Source: Camelus dromedarius
Taxonomy: Eukaryota
Length of the DNA stretch: 64,000 bases
Direction: 5' to 3'
Assembly: GCF_036321535.1 (NCBI RefSeq)
Contig: NC_087436.1
Coordinates: 23,996,001 to 24,060,000, forward strand
Below are positions 1 through 11,750 of the stretch, piece by piece. Position 1 is the first letter of the stretch. Every line of letters begins with the position of its first letter. Under the pieces are notes generated by a model that saw only the letters and a program-made list of their open reading frames with translations, did no database searches and was not told where the DNA came from. Made by a program: the position numbers and the translations under genes.

Positions 1-227
1 CACCTCTGGATAGTGGGAGTTAGGGTGACTTAATTTTCTTCTTTGTGCTTTTCAGTATTTTCAACTTTTTCACAATCAGCATGTTATAGTCAGAAAAATA
101 ATCATCATTATCAGAGTAGATCCTTTCAGATAAAAGAATTTTATATTCCCAAAGGGAAGTCCAGCAGCTTGTTACAGTGCATCGCTGATGGAGATGCGTG
201 AGTAGGTGTGTCCTTTTCTCCCTGCAG

Positions 228-1225
228 GGTCTCCCCAGGATATAGCAGCCGTGAGAAGCCAGGCAGCTCTCCAGAGCATGCGAACTTCACGGTTGATGGC
301 ACAGAACGCAGGCATGATGGGAATGGGACCCTCCCAGAACCCAGGAACAATGGTCACAGCAGCAGCCCAGTCAGAGATGGGACTGGTCTCTTATAGCTCC
401 ACGCCTCCCAGCCAACCGGGAATGTACAGTATGAGCACAGGAATGACCCAAATGTTGCAGCACCCAAACCAAAGTGGCATGAGTCTCACCCACAACCAAG
501 CCCAGGGGCCGAGGCAGCCCACCTCGGGGCAAGGGGTCGGGATGGTGAGTGGTTTTGGCCAGGGCATGCTGGTGAACTCAGCCATGACCCAGCAGCACCA
601 GCAGATGAAGGGGCCGGTCGGCCAGGCCTTGCCCAGGCCCCAGGGCCCACCGAGGCTGCAGAGCATTATGGGAACGGTCCAGCAGGGAACACAGAGCTGG
701 CAACAGAGGAGCTTACAGGGGATGCCCGGGAGGACTAGTGGAGAATTAGCATCATTCAACAACGGTGCCAGCTACCCACTGCAAGCCGGCCAGCCGAGGC
801 TGACCAAGCAACACTTCCCACAGGGACTGAGCCAGGTCGTGGATGCCAACACTGGAGCAGTGAGAACCCTCAACCCGGCTGCCATGGGTCGGCAGATTAT
901 GCCACCGCTCCCAGGGCAGCAGGGCCCCAGCCAGGCCAGGCCGATGGTCATGTCTGGCCTAAGCCAGGGTGTGCCCGGCCTGCCCGCATTTAGCCAGCCC
1001 CCAGCACAGCAGCAGATGCCCAGCGGCAGCTTTGCGCCAAGCAGCCAGAGCCAAGCCTACGAGCGGAACCCCCCTCAGGACATGTCATACAATTACAGTG
1101 GGGACGCAGCAGGGGCTTCCTTCCCCGGCCTCTCAGACAGTGCAGATCTCGTGGACTCCATCATCAAAGGTGGGCCGGGGGACGAGTGGATGCAGGAGCT
1201 CGATGAATTGTTTGGAAACCCCTAG
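228..1225 (+). CDS. MAML3: Mastermind-like 3, last coding exon (Q/M/P/G-rich region and acidic C-terminal activation domain)
   Basis: Open frame ends ...ADLVDSIIKGGPGDEWMQELDELFGNP*, recognised as the MAML3 C-terminus. Pyrimidine tract and acceptor tccttttctccctgcAG at 211-227; phase-1 start; stop TAG at 1223-1225. Confidence 0.95.
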
Positions 1226-3775
1226 TCAAGAGGGGCCTGCAGGAGCCACAGCGCTAGTGGTTAAAGCTTCAACCACAAAAAACAGGATGTTGACTCATCC
1301 TTGTTTTTTTTGTTTTTTTGACCCACGTAAACTGAGCAAAACTGCAGCCAGCTGACAGTGGAAGATCCAGGTACCAATCCACAGCCCCAGTGGGCCTCAT
1401 TTCACCTGACCTTCACACAGCAGTCAAGACGAGACACCCTGCGGACCCTGTGAGAGAGGGAGGCGCACCTGAGGCAGATGGGGGAGATGATTCTGCAGCC
1501 CCTCTGCCGGGCCCTCCCTGTGATCACCCGGCCCAGTGTGAGCCGCTCCAGCCAAGACCAACTGCTGCCCAGCACAAGGTGGCCATCAGCCCCTCCTGGT
1601 CCAGAACCGGAGGCTGCAGCTTTGGAGACACGAAGGAAAGAGCCTCAGGCTGGGGGAAGTTTCATGAAGGCTTCTGGGTGGTTGCACAGGCCAAGAGTGC
1701 ACGTCAGAAATGCTGAACTCTGGTTGCAAAGAGATGTCCGGCTTCAAGACATGCTACTGTGTTGGGAAGGGAGGCACCAAGAATAGTGAGATGTCACAGG
1801 AAGACAACACAGGATCCTACAGGCCTGTCTTCTGCCCTCAATGACCCTCAGGAAGTTTAGAGACATTGCCTCCCAAGGACAGCCAAGCGAGCTTGGAGAA
1901 GGGTCCTCGCAGCCCTGGGCGGGCGGCCTTCTGCTGGTGACCGTGGTGACCGTCACTCTGGGGAGTTGGGCTGGAGCCTGTGGGGGCCCAGTATGACCCG
2001 ATACCTCTCGGCAACTCCCATCTGCTCTCAGCAGCCACAGGATGGGGTGTTCCCAGCTGGATGCTGTGTGTCCGCCAGCACAGCCTTTCTCCCCATCCCT
2101 GCCCTTGCCCCTCTTTGCCTCCACCCCAGCCTGCCCTGGCATCTCCTTGCAGGCTATCCAAGAAGAAATGAAGCTTTTGTCTTTAGGGAGCCAGAGCAGA
2201 GGCAAAATAAATGCCAGAAGAACTTAGACAATGCCTGAAATATAAAGGCAACACTGGAGTTTTCTTTCTCTGCCTGGAACTGAGTGGGCTGCTCTGCTTT
2301 TCAGTGATGGGTTTACACAAGCCGCACCTGTTGCTTCTGGGACACCAAGGAGGGACTGGCCTGGATGTCGCCGGCTCTGGCTCCCTTTGGGAAAATCCCC
2401 AGGGTGATCCAAAATCGGCCCAGCCCTTCATCCCTACTTATCAGAAAGACTAATTGCAAACCCTGGAAGAAGATGAGGAACTGAAAAATCAATTGCCCCA
2501 CCTCACACCTTTTGATGATGAAGAGGAGGAAGGAGGGTTCCTTTCATACGGGCAAAGTAATCCACTCCTGAAGTTCTGTACAGTTGTTCTCTTTGTAATT
2601 CACCCGAATCGTCCCTCACTGAAGCCTGTGGGAAGGGATCCACAACCTCCACTGTCATAAGGCTTGTCCCGTTCGTCCTCGCCTCCCCTCCCACTGTCCC
2701 GTTGGCATAACCGTTGTCCTCGTGAGTGAGAGTGGTGTGAGCTTTTCTCCTGCCACCCCTGCCCTCCGTGTCTGAAAGGCAGGCTCCCTCCTGGGCACCC
2801 ACAGGTCGTCACTCGCCACACCAGAGCCCCGGCCCCACCACTGGAGCTGGACTGGCTGCGCTCAGGGAAGGTCAGGAACGGGGTTTGAATGAAAAGCTAG
2901 GGCAGAGGAGGTAGATGGGCAGCAGGCAGGCCAACACTGCTCTTGACTTGCTTGCCAAGTACCAAGGTCATAGATCTACTCAGCAAAGGGCAGGACAGAG
3001 ACCAGAGGTGGCCAGGTGGGTGAGGGTCCAGGCAGGGGCTGTGCTCCCTCTGGGAAGAGGTGGTAGCAGGCTGACCGTGAACTCCCTGCGTGGGGAGGGC
3101 CACCACCAGGAAAACTCTTGAGTGGAAACAGATGAAAACCAAAACCAAAAAAAAAAAAGGTAAACACGAATACACAGAGTATATAATTACCTTTTTCTGA
3201 AAGGTACAGGAAATATATAAGCAATGATGAGAAACTGGAGGTGGCTGATGGAGGTTGGGTTGGGGGGGCTCCATTATCTTTTAAAAGCTTCCTCCAAATG
3301 CTCAGTACTGGGACCAACTAAATCGAGAGGTAGATTTTAATACGGTTGTTTTGTTTTGTTTTTGTTTTTACTACGGTGCTGATGTACATGTAATGTCTAA
3401 AAAAGTTATTTGTAAATAAGTTTTTACAATACTGCAGATATCACTGGGTCTACTATCTGTAAAAAATATACATATAAATATATATATATACTGTTTGTTT
3501 AAAATAGAGTATTTTTATTTCATTCCTTAACTCATCGTCCCAGCAGTGGTATTGCACTTCAGATGACATCTAATTACTAATTTGTACTGTATGACCTTTG
3601 GCAAATTCCTCCATTTTATTCAGATTTTTCTAGTTTTCTGTTTTTACTTTGTACATGAGCATTACTTATTTCCTTTTAAGAAATGTACAGAACTCTGAAA
3701 TGTAGAAATGAAGTGATGTTGACATACCACTTTTAAAGAAAAAAAAAAACAAATAAAAGATCATTATCTGAACCA
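1226..3775 (+). other. MAML3: MAML3 3' UTR
   Basis: Non-repetitive sequence after the stop, with an AU-rich distal block at 3340-3760 ending in AATAAA. Cleavage site is approximate. Confidence 0.7.
3752..3757 (+). terminator. Probable MAML3 polyadenylation signal
   Basis: AATAAA at the end of the AU-rich block, followed by T/GT-rich sequence (3783-3800). Confidence 0.65.
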
Positions 3776-4493
3776 ATCCAACGTTTAGTTTATTTTAGGT
3801 CTGTCGCTGCTGCTCTAACCTTAATTAAGCAAATGTATTACGCCTGGGTTTTAATTGATTAACTGCAGTTCTTGTTTCAAATTTTTGATATTATTTAAAC
3901 ATTTGTGTAACAGTAGAGATCTATCGGTCATCCCCAGCCTTTTTAATTCAACAGCACAACTAAAACGTTCTCTATTTGCACTCTAGGGGATGTGGCAGAG
4001 GTAGGAGAGGAAAGTCAGCTTTAGACTGAAGTCCATCTGTAGACTCAGTACTGTGACAATTCAAATTCCACCTGGTTCATTCGGAGAATTTGGAAAATTG
4101 ATAGTAAACTCCTTATTTAGAAAAGGAAGAAAACCCAAGGAATATATTGGGGAAAGTAACAACGGGGCCTTGACACTATCGGTGCGCACGCACACACGCA
4201 CGCACACCATGTGTGCCGCAATGTTGCCAGCCCAGCTGCACCTCTTTGGAGGACGGCCTCGTGCCAGGGCCTGGCGTAGCCAGCACCACCCACAGAGAGC
4301 TGAACGGTGCTTAGCAGTTTATATCTCTCCAGATTGCTGTTAGTCAGTGACCTCCTGGTGCAGGAACGAGAGAGCCCAGTTAACTTGCCTGGAGAAACCC
4401 TGAGATAGGATTTCTGTTCTGAGCTCCCCTTCAGGATCAGGCAGAGGCTGGGAATTACCAGAAGGTGCCGCCTTGCTTGGCTTTTTGCTCTTT

Positions 4494-4956
4494 TGTAGGC
4501 AAGCAGGACCCTATGGGGGCCTTCCCGGGACAGACCCCACCCCCATAACCTCTACTGTAGGTCCTCTCTGATAATAGTAACTCATGCATATTTCCTGAGT
4601 TTTTCAGATGCTAAAAGCCACCACCAAATGGAAGCAATTAACTACTTGGTTCTTCTTAGCACATAGCCCACAGACCATTATCAGTTTAAGAACTGATACT
4701 GTTAACCGCCCTGTTGCCTCACCATCAACCAATCAGAATTGTGCACGAGCTGATTGCAGACTCTGGGCCGCCCCTCTCTCACGTGGCCTTTGAAAATGCT
4801 CAGCTGAAACCCTTTGAGGAGTTTGGGTTTTTAGCCATGAGCCACGTATTCTCCTTGCTCGGCCCTGCAGTAAACCTTTCTCTGCTCTGGTCTCCGACTT
4901 CTCGGTTTGTTTGGCCTCACTATGCATGGGACACATAAAACTTGCATACAGTAACA
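4494..4956 (+). repeat. 5' LTR
   Basis: TG...CA termini, CCAAT box near 4730, AGTAAA at 4869-4874; aligns along its length with 9582-10047. Confidence 0.9.
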
Positions 4957-4960
4957 GTTT

Positions 4961-4979
4961 TGGAGAAGCCAGCGAGGAG
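4961..4979 (+). promoter_or_regulatory. Primer-binding site, degenerate tRNA-Arg(ACG)-like
   Basis: TGGAGAAGCCAGCGAGGAG four bases after the LTR, versus expected TGGCGAGCCAGCCAGGAG (one insertion, two mismatches). Confidence 0.6.
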
Positions 4980-5873
4980 GCCGTGCTCTGGCAGGTCAGT
5001 CCCAGCCTGGGGCCCCTTCCCTAGGTCCTGCAGCTGCCGCAGCTCACTTCGCTCCAGGGAACCAGGAAGGACTCTCCCCAACAGGCCAGCTTCCCCAGTA
5101 CAAAGCTGTTTGGAGCCGAGACACATCGGAGCTGCGGTCCACGGTCGTTGGCGCCTGGGGGTGAGTGGCTCCAGCTTGCTCAGGCTGGGAATTCTCTCCA
5201 CCCATCTGGGTTCATCCTGTTGCGGGAAGTGAGTCGCTCTGGGCTCACTGCGAGCCACTCTGGTTCTGTTTTGTTTCGGGAGCTGGGCCCTTCGGTTTGG
5301 AGGCCTCATCTGGGAGTGGAGGTGGAATTTTTAAACTATACCTCCTCTGATTTTCTATGTGATCGTAGTTTATTTGTTGTTTGTGTTTTTGAGTGTGTTG
5401 TTTTGGGGTGAGCCACTCTGGCTTGGGCAGATTGGGGAAATTCTACCCACACACCCTGGGCTCATTCCCTTCTGGGAAGTGAGCCATTCTGGGCTCAATG
5501 GGAACCACTGTGGGTCCATTCTCTTTCAGGAGATCTTTTGTGGGACCATGTTTGTTGTTTGTGTATGTGTCAGTACTTACATTGGTGGATTGAGATGTCT
5601 TTGGCAAGTAACGGAGCTCACGTGTGATGACACCAGCATATCCCTATCGCGTTGGCTTCACCTGATTTTTTTTTTTTTTTCCCCTTTCTAGCCTTGGTCT
5701 TTCATTTAGCTTCATCTCTGATGGGGCGCTGGTTGGGGTTCTCCCCCTTTTGAATTGATGGTGCATTGGTTGGGAATTTCCGTTTTGGGGCTAGAGAACT
5801 GAGAATCTAAGAGACTGGTTTGAATTGTTGTGTGCTTGATATCTGATAATCTCGGCCATGAATAATTACCGTG

Positions 5874-6060
5874 CCCCTAGGGTATATTTTGCAAAACTGG
5901 GAGATCTTCAGCTATGGTCCCATAAGTGAAAGAAAATGATATTTTTAATTGTAACACTGTGTGGGCTCAGTACCCACTGAGATTTGGAGAACAGTGCACC
6001 CTAATGGCTCTGTTAGTATATCAAAGTGGGCCTTTAGCAATCTGGCTTTTATCTGGGGGG
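5874..6060 (+). pseudogene. gag matrix remnant (class I ERV)
   Basis: PLGYILQNWEIF, then in another frame CNTVWAQYPL..GE; resembles the PLxCILxNW...CxTxWPQY motif of HERV-W/H/ERV9-type Gag. Confidence 0.6.
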
Positions 6061-8389
6061 AAATGTGTGAGCGTCTCAATACCTGTGTCCAAAAGGGGAA
6101 AAACTCTTGAGATCTCTGGTTCTGTCTTTATGTGAAAATTAATTTGTAAAGTAACTATTTGACTTAAAAGTAAGCACTTACAAGTGCTTATATATACTTA
6201 TACTTCTAAGTATAAAAGAAGCTAGACAACAAATTTCAGGTTCACATAATCTAAGAAATATTTAATATTGAATTAATACCTGCTATTAAAGCTAGCTTAA
6301 GCTTGTTGGTATAATCAATACAGACACGTCGTTCATTGCAGCTGGATTTACTCAAGGTCCATAAGTTTATTTCTGTTACAGAGTTTGTCATCAGAAAGAA
6401 AAAAATAAACTCGGTATGGTGAAATTCTTATAAGTAAATTAAATGCAAATGAGATAAGAGCTTTTGGGTGAACTCTTCAGAAATAATTATGTTTTAGTAA
6501 TGTCTACTTAAAAATGATCTCTCCAGATATTTGATAAGTTGAAATTTTAGAGTTGTACTAAATTAAGTTTATTGAATAGATCACTCCCAAACAAAATAAG
6601 ATACTAAAACATTATTTATTGAACATTGAAAGACAAAAGGTGTTTAGGACTGTTATTAAATATGTTTGGTGCCACTGTGAAGGAAGTTCATAATTGCTTG
6701 CTTCTTGGGTTTCACTAGAAATTAAGGTTTTTAGAGTTGTGAATTCTAATTTAAATGTCATTAAAGCTACTACAAATATAGTAAAGGAAACACTTCAGTA
6801 TACATTAGGAAAGTAGGATATGTTTTGAGTAAAAGGTATGAGGAATGGAATTGCACTTTGTTAAGGGAAAAACAGTGATTTGGTTCTGGAGCTGGTTGCT
6901 TCTAGATGGTGGGGGTGGGGAGGACAAACTAATGTGGATACAGAAAGTTGTAGAAAGGGAGCCTTGAAAACAGAGTTTTGTGCATGGTTGGGCTGAGATT
7001 AAACTTTTAATTGGGTAAGTGGATTTTGTCATTAAAAGTAAGCTGGTGCAGGACTAGGTTTTGTTCCTCTATTAGGAGAACAAAGTTTACTCAGAGTGTT
7101 TCTGATAACAGATTGTGTGAAACTTTTTGGTATTTTGACAAACTTCCTGTCAAATTGTAATTAAAGTTCTTCTGACTTCAGCTAACTTTGGGATGCTTCA
7201 GAGGGCCCCTGAGGCATCTCAGAGAAAAATGTTTAACTAGGATTGGTTGGTATGTTAAATTATATGGGAAGCATTGTCAAATGAGTGATAAGCCTTCTCA
7301 GATTATACCATATGGATAAATGTTATTAATATAGACATTCTAGAAATTAAAGTCTCTGAAATTTAGATATGTCCCGGTATAATGCTATCAGTCATAATTC
7401 TAATTATCTTGAAATGTTGAATGTCACAGCAACTTAAGATTCTTTGTCAAAAACATTGTAAGCAGATCTTTAACCTTGCTTTTTTAAGTCCTTTGTCATT
7501 CATAGCCAGTTAAAGCTGATGCTTTGCAAAACTGCTTCATCTTCAAGAAGATTCACAAAAAGGACTTTTTGACAAGCACAGCTTTCTTTTAAATCATATT
7601 GCTGAACTGGGTAAGATATTTAAAAGGTCTAATGAAAACTCTGATTTCACACTGTTGCCCCCAATGTTTAGGATAGAAAGAATTCTCTAATGGGGTTGTC
7701 ACAGTGTAGAACTAATCATGATGAATGACAATACTTTCTTTAAGTCTGTTGCTAAAAGGACATGTAGAAAGCTTGTGTGACAATTGGGCATAAGTGATAA
7801 AATGTATCGCCTATAAAGTGTTTCCCCATTAACATATCTGAGCCTGTTCTGAACATCTGATTAGTTTTCCTCCAAAGTGGATACATAGGCAAATAAAGAG
7901 GAGGCCTGGCCCCAAGGGACATGATCTGAACCTGGGGCAGGAGCTACCAGCCCAGCATCGTGGGACAGATATTTTGACCATCAGTGCTTTCTACTGAAAG
8001 ATTTACAATCAAAAGGGGAAATGATGGAAAAACATGCACGAATTGAGGTATGGGGAAGTCAATCTGGCTATGAGTGGTTTAACTTAAAACTTTACTGACC
8101 AAAGCGGTCTCTTTTATGGCCCTCTGGACATGGATTGTACATCTCCTTTGTCTTTGAGGAGGGGAATGCATTTGAAAGTCAAAATGGGGTAACTGTGGTT
8201 CAGACATTCAAGATAAAACTAGGTGGCCATTGTGCACACAGTTTCAGGCCCATGCCTGTGTTGTTGAGAACTCGCATTTTCTGAGCTGTGTCACACTCAG
8301 GATGCCACCAGCCATTCTCAAAGCAGTGTCTGCTGGTAGATGGCAGCTGCAACCTTATGACCTAAAGTTCTTCTCTTGTAACTATTAAA

Positions 8390-8590
8390 TTTTTAGACAA
8401 TAAAATTGTTTTAGATCCTATGTTCGCAAAAAAAAGAAGACATACGTAATGGTCAGTGGCTCCTATTATGTATATGCTAACACCACATCAGAAGTTAAAA
8501 CCTACTCAGAGAAAAGTAGACAGCTGGCTACAAGTCTCCCCAGAAGTGCCAGGTCCAGACAGGTTTTCAGGCTTACTCTCCTGAATTCCT
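8390..8590 (+). pseudogene. env TM remnant (immunosuppressive-domain region)
   Basis: LDNKIVLDPMFAKK at 8393, then frameshifted YVMVSGSYYVYANTTSEVKTY; matches a decayed LxNRxxLDxLxA...CCxYxNxSxxV pattern. Confidence 0.5.
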
Positions 8591-8664
8591 CAGAGAATGA
8601 GATGCATTTTGTCTATTAAAGTTTCGGTTGTCACTCCTCCAACTACTTCTAAATTGGGTCTGTT

Positions 8665-9254
8665 TGTTGCTGAAAGATCAGCCCCCATCCCTGATGAGCC
8701 AAATAACTCAGAGACAGGGTCTTAGAGCTTAGAAGAAAAGAGGCAGCTTTATTGCTTTGCCAGGCAAAGGGGACTCACCGCAGGCTAGTGCCTTCACAAC
8801 TGTGAGCCCACCTTGGGGGTGGGGTGGGGTGGTTATATAGCCATGGCTCAAACAATAAAGCATCAATAACAATCAACAATTATTTTCTTCTCATAAGACT
8901 CAGTGACGTCATGTTGTCTCCAGGTGACCAATTCTGTAGAGGCTAGTGGTTGTCACTCTTCCGATCTCTTAATCTTGTACTTGCCCAAGGCGTGGTCTTC
9001 TTGGTAATTCAGGCTATTTTGTAAGGTTACAGCCCCATGACCTTCTCCCTGGAGAACAACTCAAGAGATCAAGCATGATTACTTTCGATTACTGGAATAA
9101 AGTAGAAACAGGAAAATTAATAGCTTTATTTTAACAATGGGCCTGGAGCTGTGAGTAGCAACCAGTCAGTCAGGTTAGTTGACCGTTTTAAGGGCAAGCA
9201 TAAGAATGAGCAATCTGTTAGCCTGAGTGCAGCCATTTTATTTATTCTCCTTCG
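8665..9254 (-). mobile_element. Solo LTR nested in the provirus, opposite orientation
   Basis: 4-bp TSD TGTT at 8661-8664 and 9255-9258; minus-strand TATATAA (8833-8839) and AATAAA (8748-8753); TG and CG (mutated CA) ends on +. Confidence 0.8.
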
Positions 9255-9581
9255 TGTTGGTACAAAAAGGATGGATTTAAGGGACTGAGATCTTAAGACT
9301 CAGATCCAGGACTTGAAATTCGGGAATATTTCCAATTCGGTGTCCATTCCCCAAACTGAAGCAAGACTGTGCCCTGTTTCATTAGGAAGTAGGTAGATTG
9401 GTCGTCGCCCCATTGCCTGAAAGATGTGGGAAGGATGAAACAGTATTGGAGATTGAAACTGAGTCCTCCTAAAACCAGTTTCCTCTGCGGAGTTTATGAT
9501 GAACTTCTCTGTCTAAAACATTCCCTTTCCTGTCCAACACCTGTTCTCAAGATTGAGGTGTATCAAAGAAAAGTGGGGATT

Positions 9582-10047
9582 TGTAACCTAGCAGGATGCT
9601 ATGGGGCCTTCCCAGGACAGATCCCTCCCCCAGACAAACCTCTGCTGTAGCTCTTCTCTGATAATAGTATCTCATGCGTATGACCTGAGTTTTTCAAATG
9701 CTAAAAACCACCACCAAGTGGAAGAAATTAACTACTTGATGATCATGAGCACATAGCCCCCAGACCTTCTGGCGCCTGAGGATTGATAATGTTAACCACC
9801 CTGTTACCTCACCATCAACCAATCAGAATTGTTCACGGCTGATCACAGACCCTGGGCCACCCCTCCCTTACCTGGCCTTTAAAAATGCTTTTCTGAAACC
9901 CTTCGAGGGGTTCAGGGTTTTTTGGGATATGAATCACCCGTCCTCCTTGCTCAGCCCTGCAATAAACTTTTCTCTGCTCCAGACTCCAAAATTTCAGTTT
10001 GTTTGGCCTCACTGTGTGTCAGGCACACAAACTTGTGTTCAGTAACT
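9582..10047 (+). repeat. 3' LTR
   Basis: Starts TG just after the PPT; AATAAA at 9961-9966; ends agtaac(t) like the 5' LTR agtaaca. Confidence 0.9.
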
Positions 10048-11325
10048 TTTCTGCCTTGTTTCCCCAACTCCCTGTGTTTTCCCCTCCTGGGAGCCTTCAT
10101 TAACAAATGACACACATGTGAATCCACTCCTCCACTTCTAGAAGACCTGATGTAAGGCCTTCTATCAAACTTTAAAGGCATGGTAAAACAACACATTTGA
10201 AAACTGGGTGAAGCAGAAAAAGAGGCCTCCAGAACAGACTAAGTTTATCATCAAAAATGATTCCAAAACAGAGGTGAGTTTTAATATGTACAAGCCAAGG
10301 GAAAGAATGAACCTGACTAAGGAAGAGGCCAGCCCCTCCCTGTGGTACGCTGTGGTCCCAGGCCAGCTGGCAAATAACACCATGGAGAAAACAATGCGAC
10401 ACTGAGCCTGGTCCCCACAAAATGGGCTTAGTGACATCAGATCAAAAATTAACCGATTCGAGGGTGGGGGTGGGAAGGCTGACAACAAAATTAAAACATG
10501 AATTCTGAGAGAGGTGGAGTATTCCTTCTCATCCTGATTAATTATAACACACATTTTTATTGACTGCACTAGATGAATGGAATACCTTTCTCCTTTAACA
10601 TAACTCCTTATTTGTAATCCTGTTGACCTTTATAAAATCCCAGCACAGCAAGTGTGTAATGGGGGAAGAAAGAGGAAGAGAACAATCATCTTTCTAGGAA
10701 GTCACTAGGCATCTGCCTCCATGAGGAGGAGGTATTTTACTGCTGAAATTTAAGGAATATTCAAAAGCATTAAAGGAGCTCTCTCTGCCATTGACCATTC
10801 TTTTGAAGGCGGACTGTGTCTGGAGAAAAAAGGTTAAAAAACAAATGAACTGATGTTGTTCCTTACTGGTGACTTTTGTGGCCACACCCCATCTACCTCC
10901 AACCCTACAAAGAAAAGCAGGGGAGGATAAACACCTTGGAAGAGAGCGGGGCTAATTGTTTGCATAACCAGTCCTTCATCTTTCTGTTTTCTTTCCATTT
11001 TTTTCCTCTTTAGTTTTCTCCTCTAGGCTACTTTCTTTAAGTCCTTAGGGACATTTGATTTCCATGCCGGTGTCCTCTGGACAAGCTACCACAGACACCT
11101 GTCTCATTTCAAACAATAGGCAGAGGTAATTAAGGCAGTGTTCACACACTTGGTGCCCAAGTGTCCCTGCCACATCCAGGACAGCTGCTGGGCCAGCGCT
11201 AATGCTGCGGCTCCATCCCCCCAACCCCCCACGTCCCAGGCCAGGCATACAGGCTGAACACAAAAAGTCTTCAGAGCTACCAAGAATGTGACTTTAGGTC
11301 TTAAATTTGCTTCAGATTCTTTAAC

Positions 11326-11750
11326 TTTTTTATTACAAACATTTCAAACAATCAGAAAATTGGAAACACTAGTACAATGAACAAATATACACTTACCAAC
11401 TTGATTTGATAGTTGTTAACGCTTTGCCATGTATGTTTTGTGTATTTTGTGGAGCTATTTCAAAGCAAGCATTTCATATACACCCAGCCACTTCACCCCT
11501 CATTCCCTCAGCATGCGACTCCAAAGAATTAGGGCATTTTCTTCCCTAGTCACATCACTATCTCATCTAACACAATTCCCTAATATCTAATTCTTCTTAT
11601 TCAAATTGTCCTAGTTATCTCCCAAATATCTTCCAGAGCTGTTTTTCTCTAACCAGGATTTGATCAAGGATCGCACTTTGCTATTTGGTTTTTATGCCTC
11701 TTAAGACTCTTAACAGAAAAGTTCTTCTCCATCCTTTTGTCCGTAACATC
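11326..11750 (-). mobile_element. Ancient L1M (L1MC-like) 3' UTR fragment
   Basis: Decayed motifs typical of L1MC 3' ends (tttcaaaca..cagaaaa, cacttcacccct, aaccaggat..atcaagg). Confidence 0.55.

Larger units (their letters stand above)
4494..10047 (+). mobile_element. Non-autonomous ERV1-like provirus (two LTRs, degenerate gag/env remnants, no recognisable pol)
   Basis: Homologous ~460 bp LTRs at both ends, PBS at 4961-4979, PPT aaagaaaagtgggga at 9565-9579, AT-rich non-coding interior. Confidence 0.9.

Noticed and set aside
206..227. ORF-track start of the 339-aa ORF
   Set aside because: The GTG lies in the intron's pyrimidine tract; the exon begins at 228.
3550..3559. TATTGCACTT, identical to the start of miR-92-family miRNAs
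   Set aside because: Only 10 nt match and I see no precursor hairpin.
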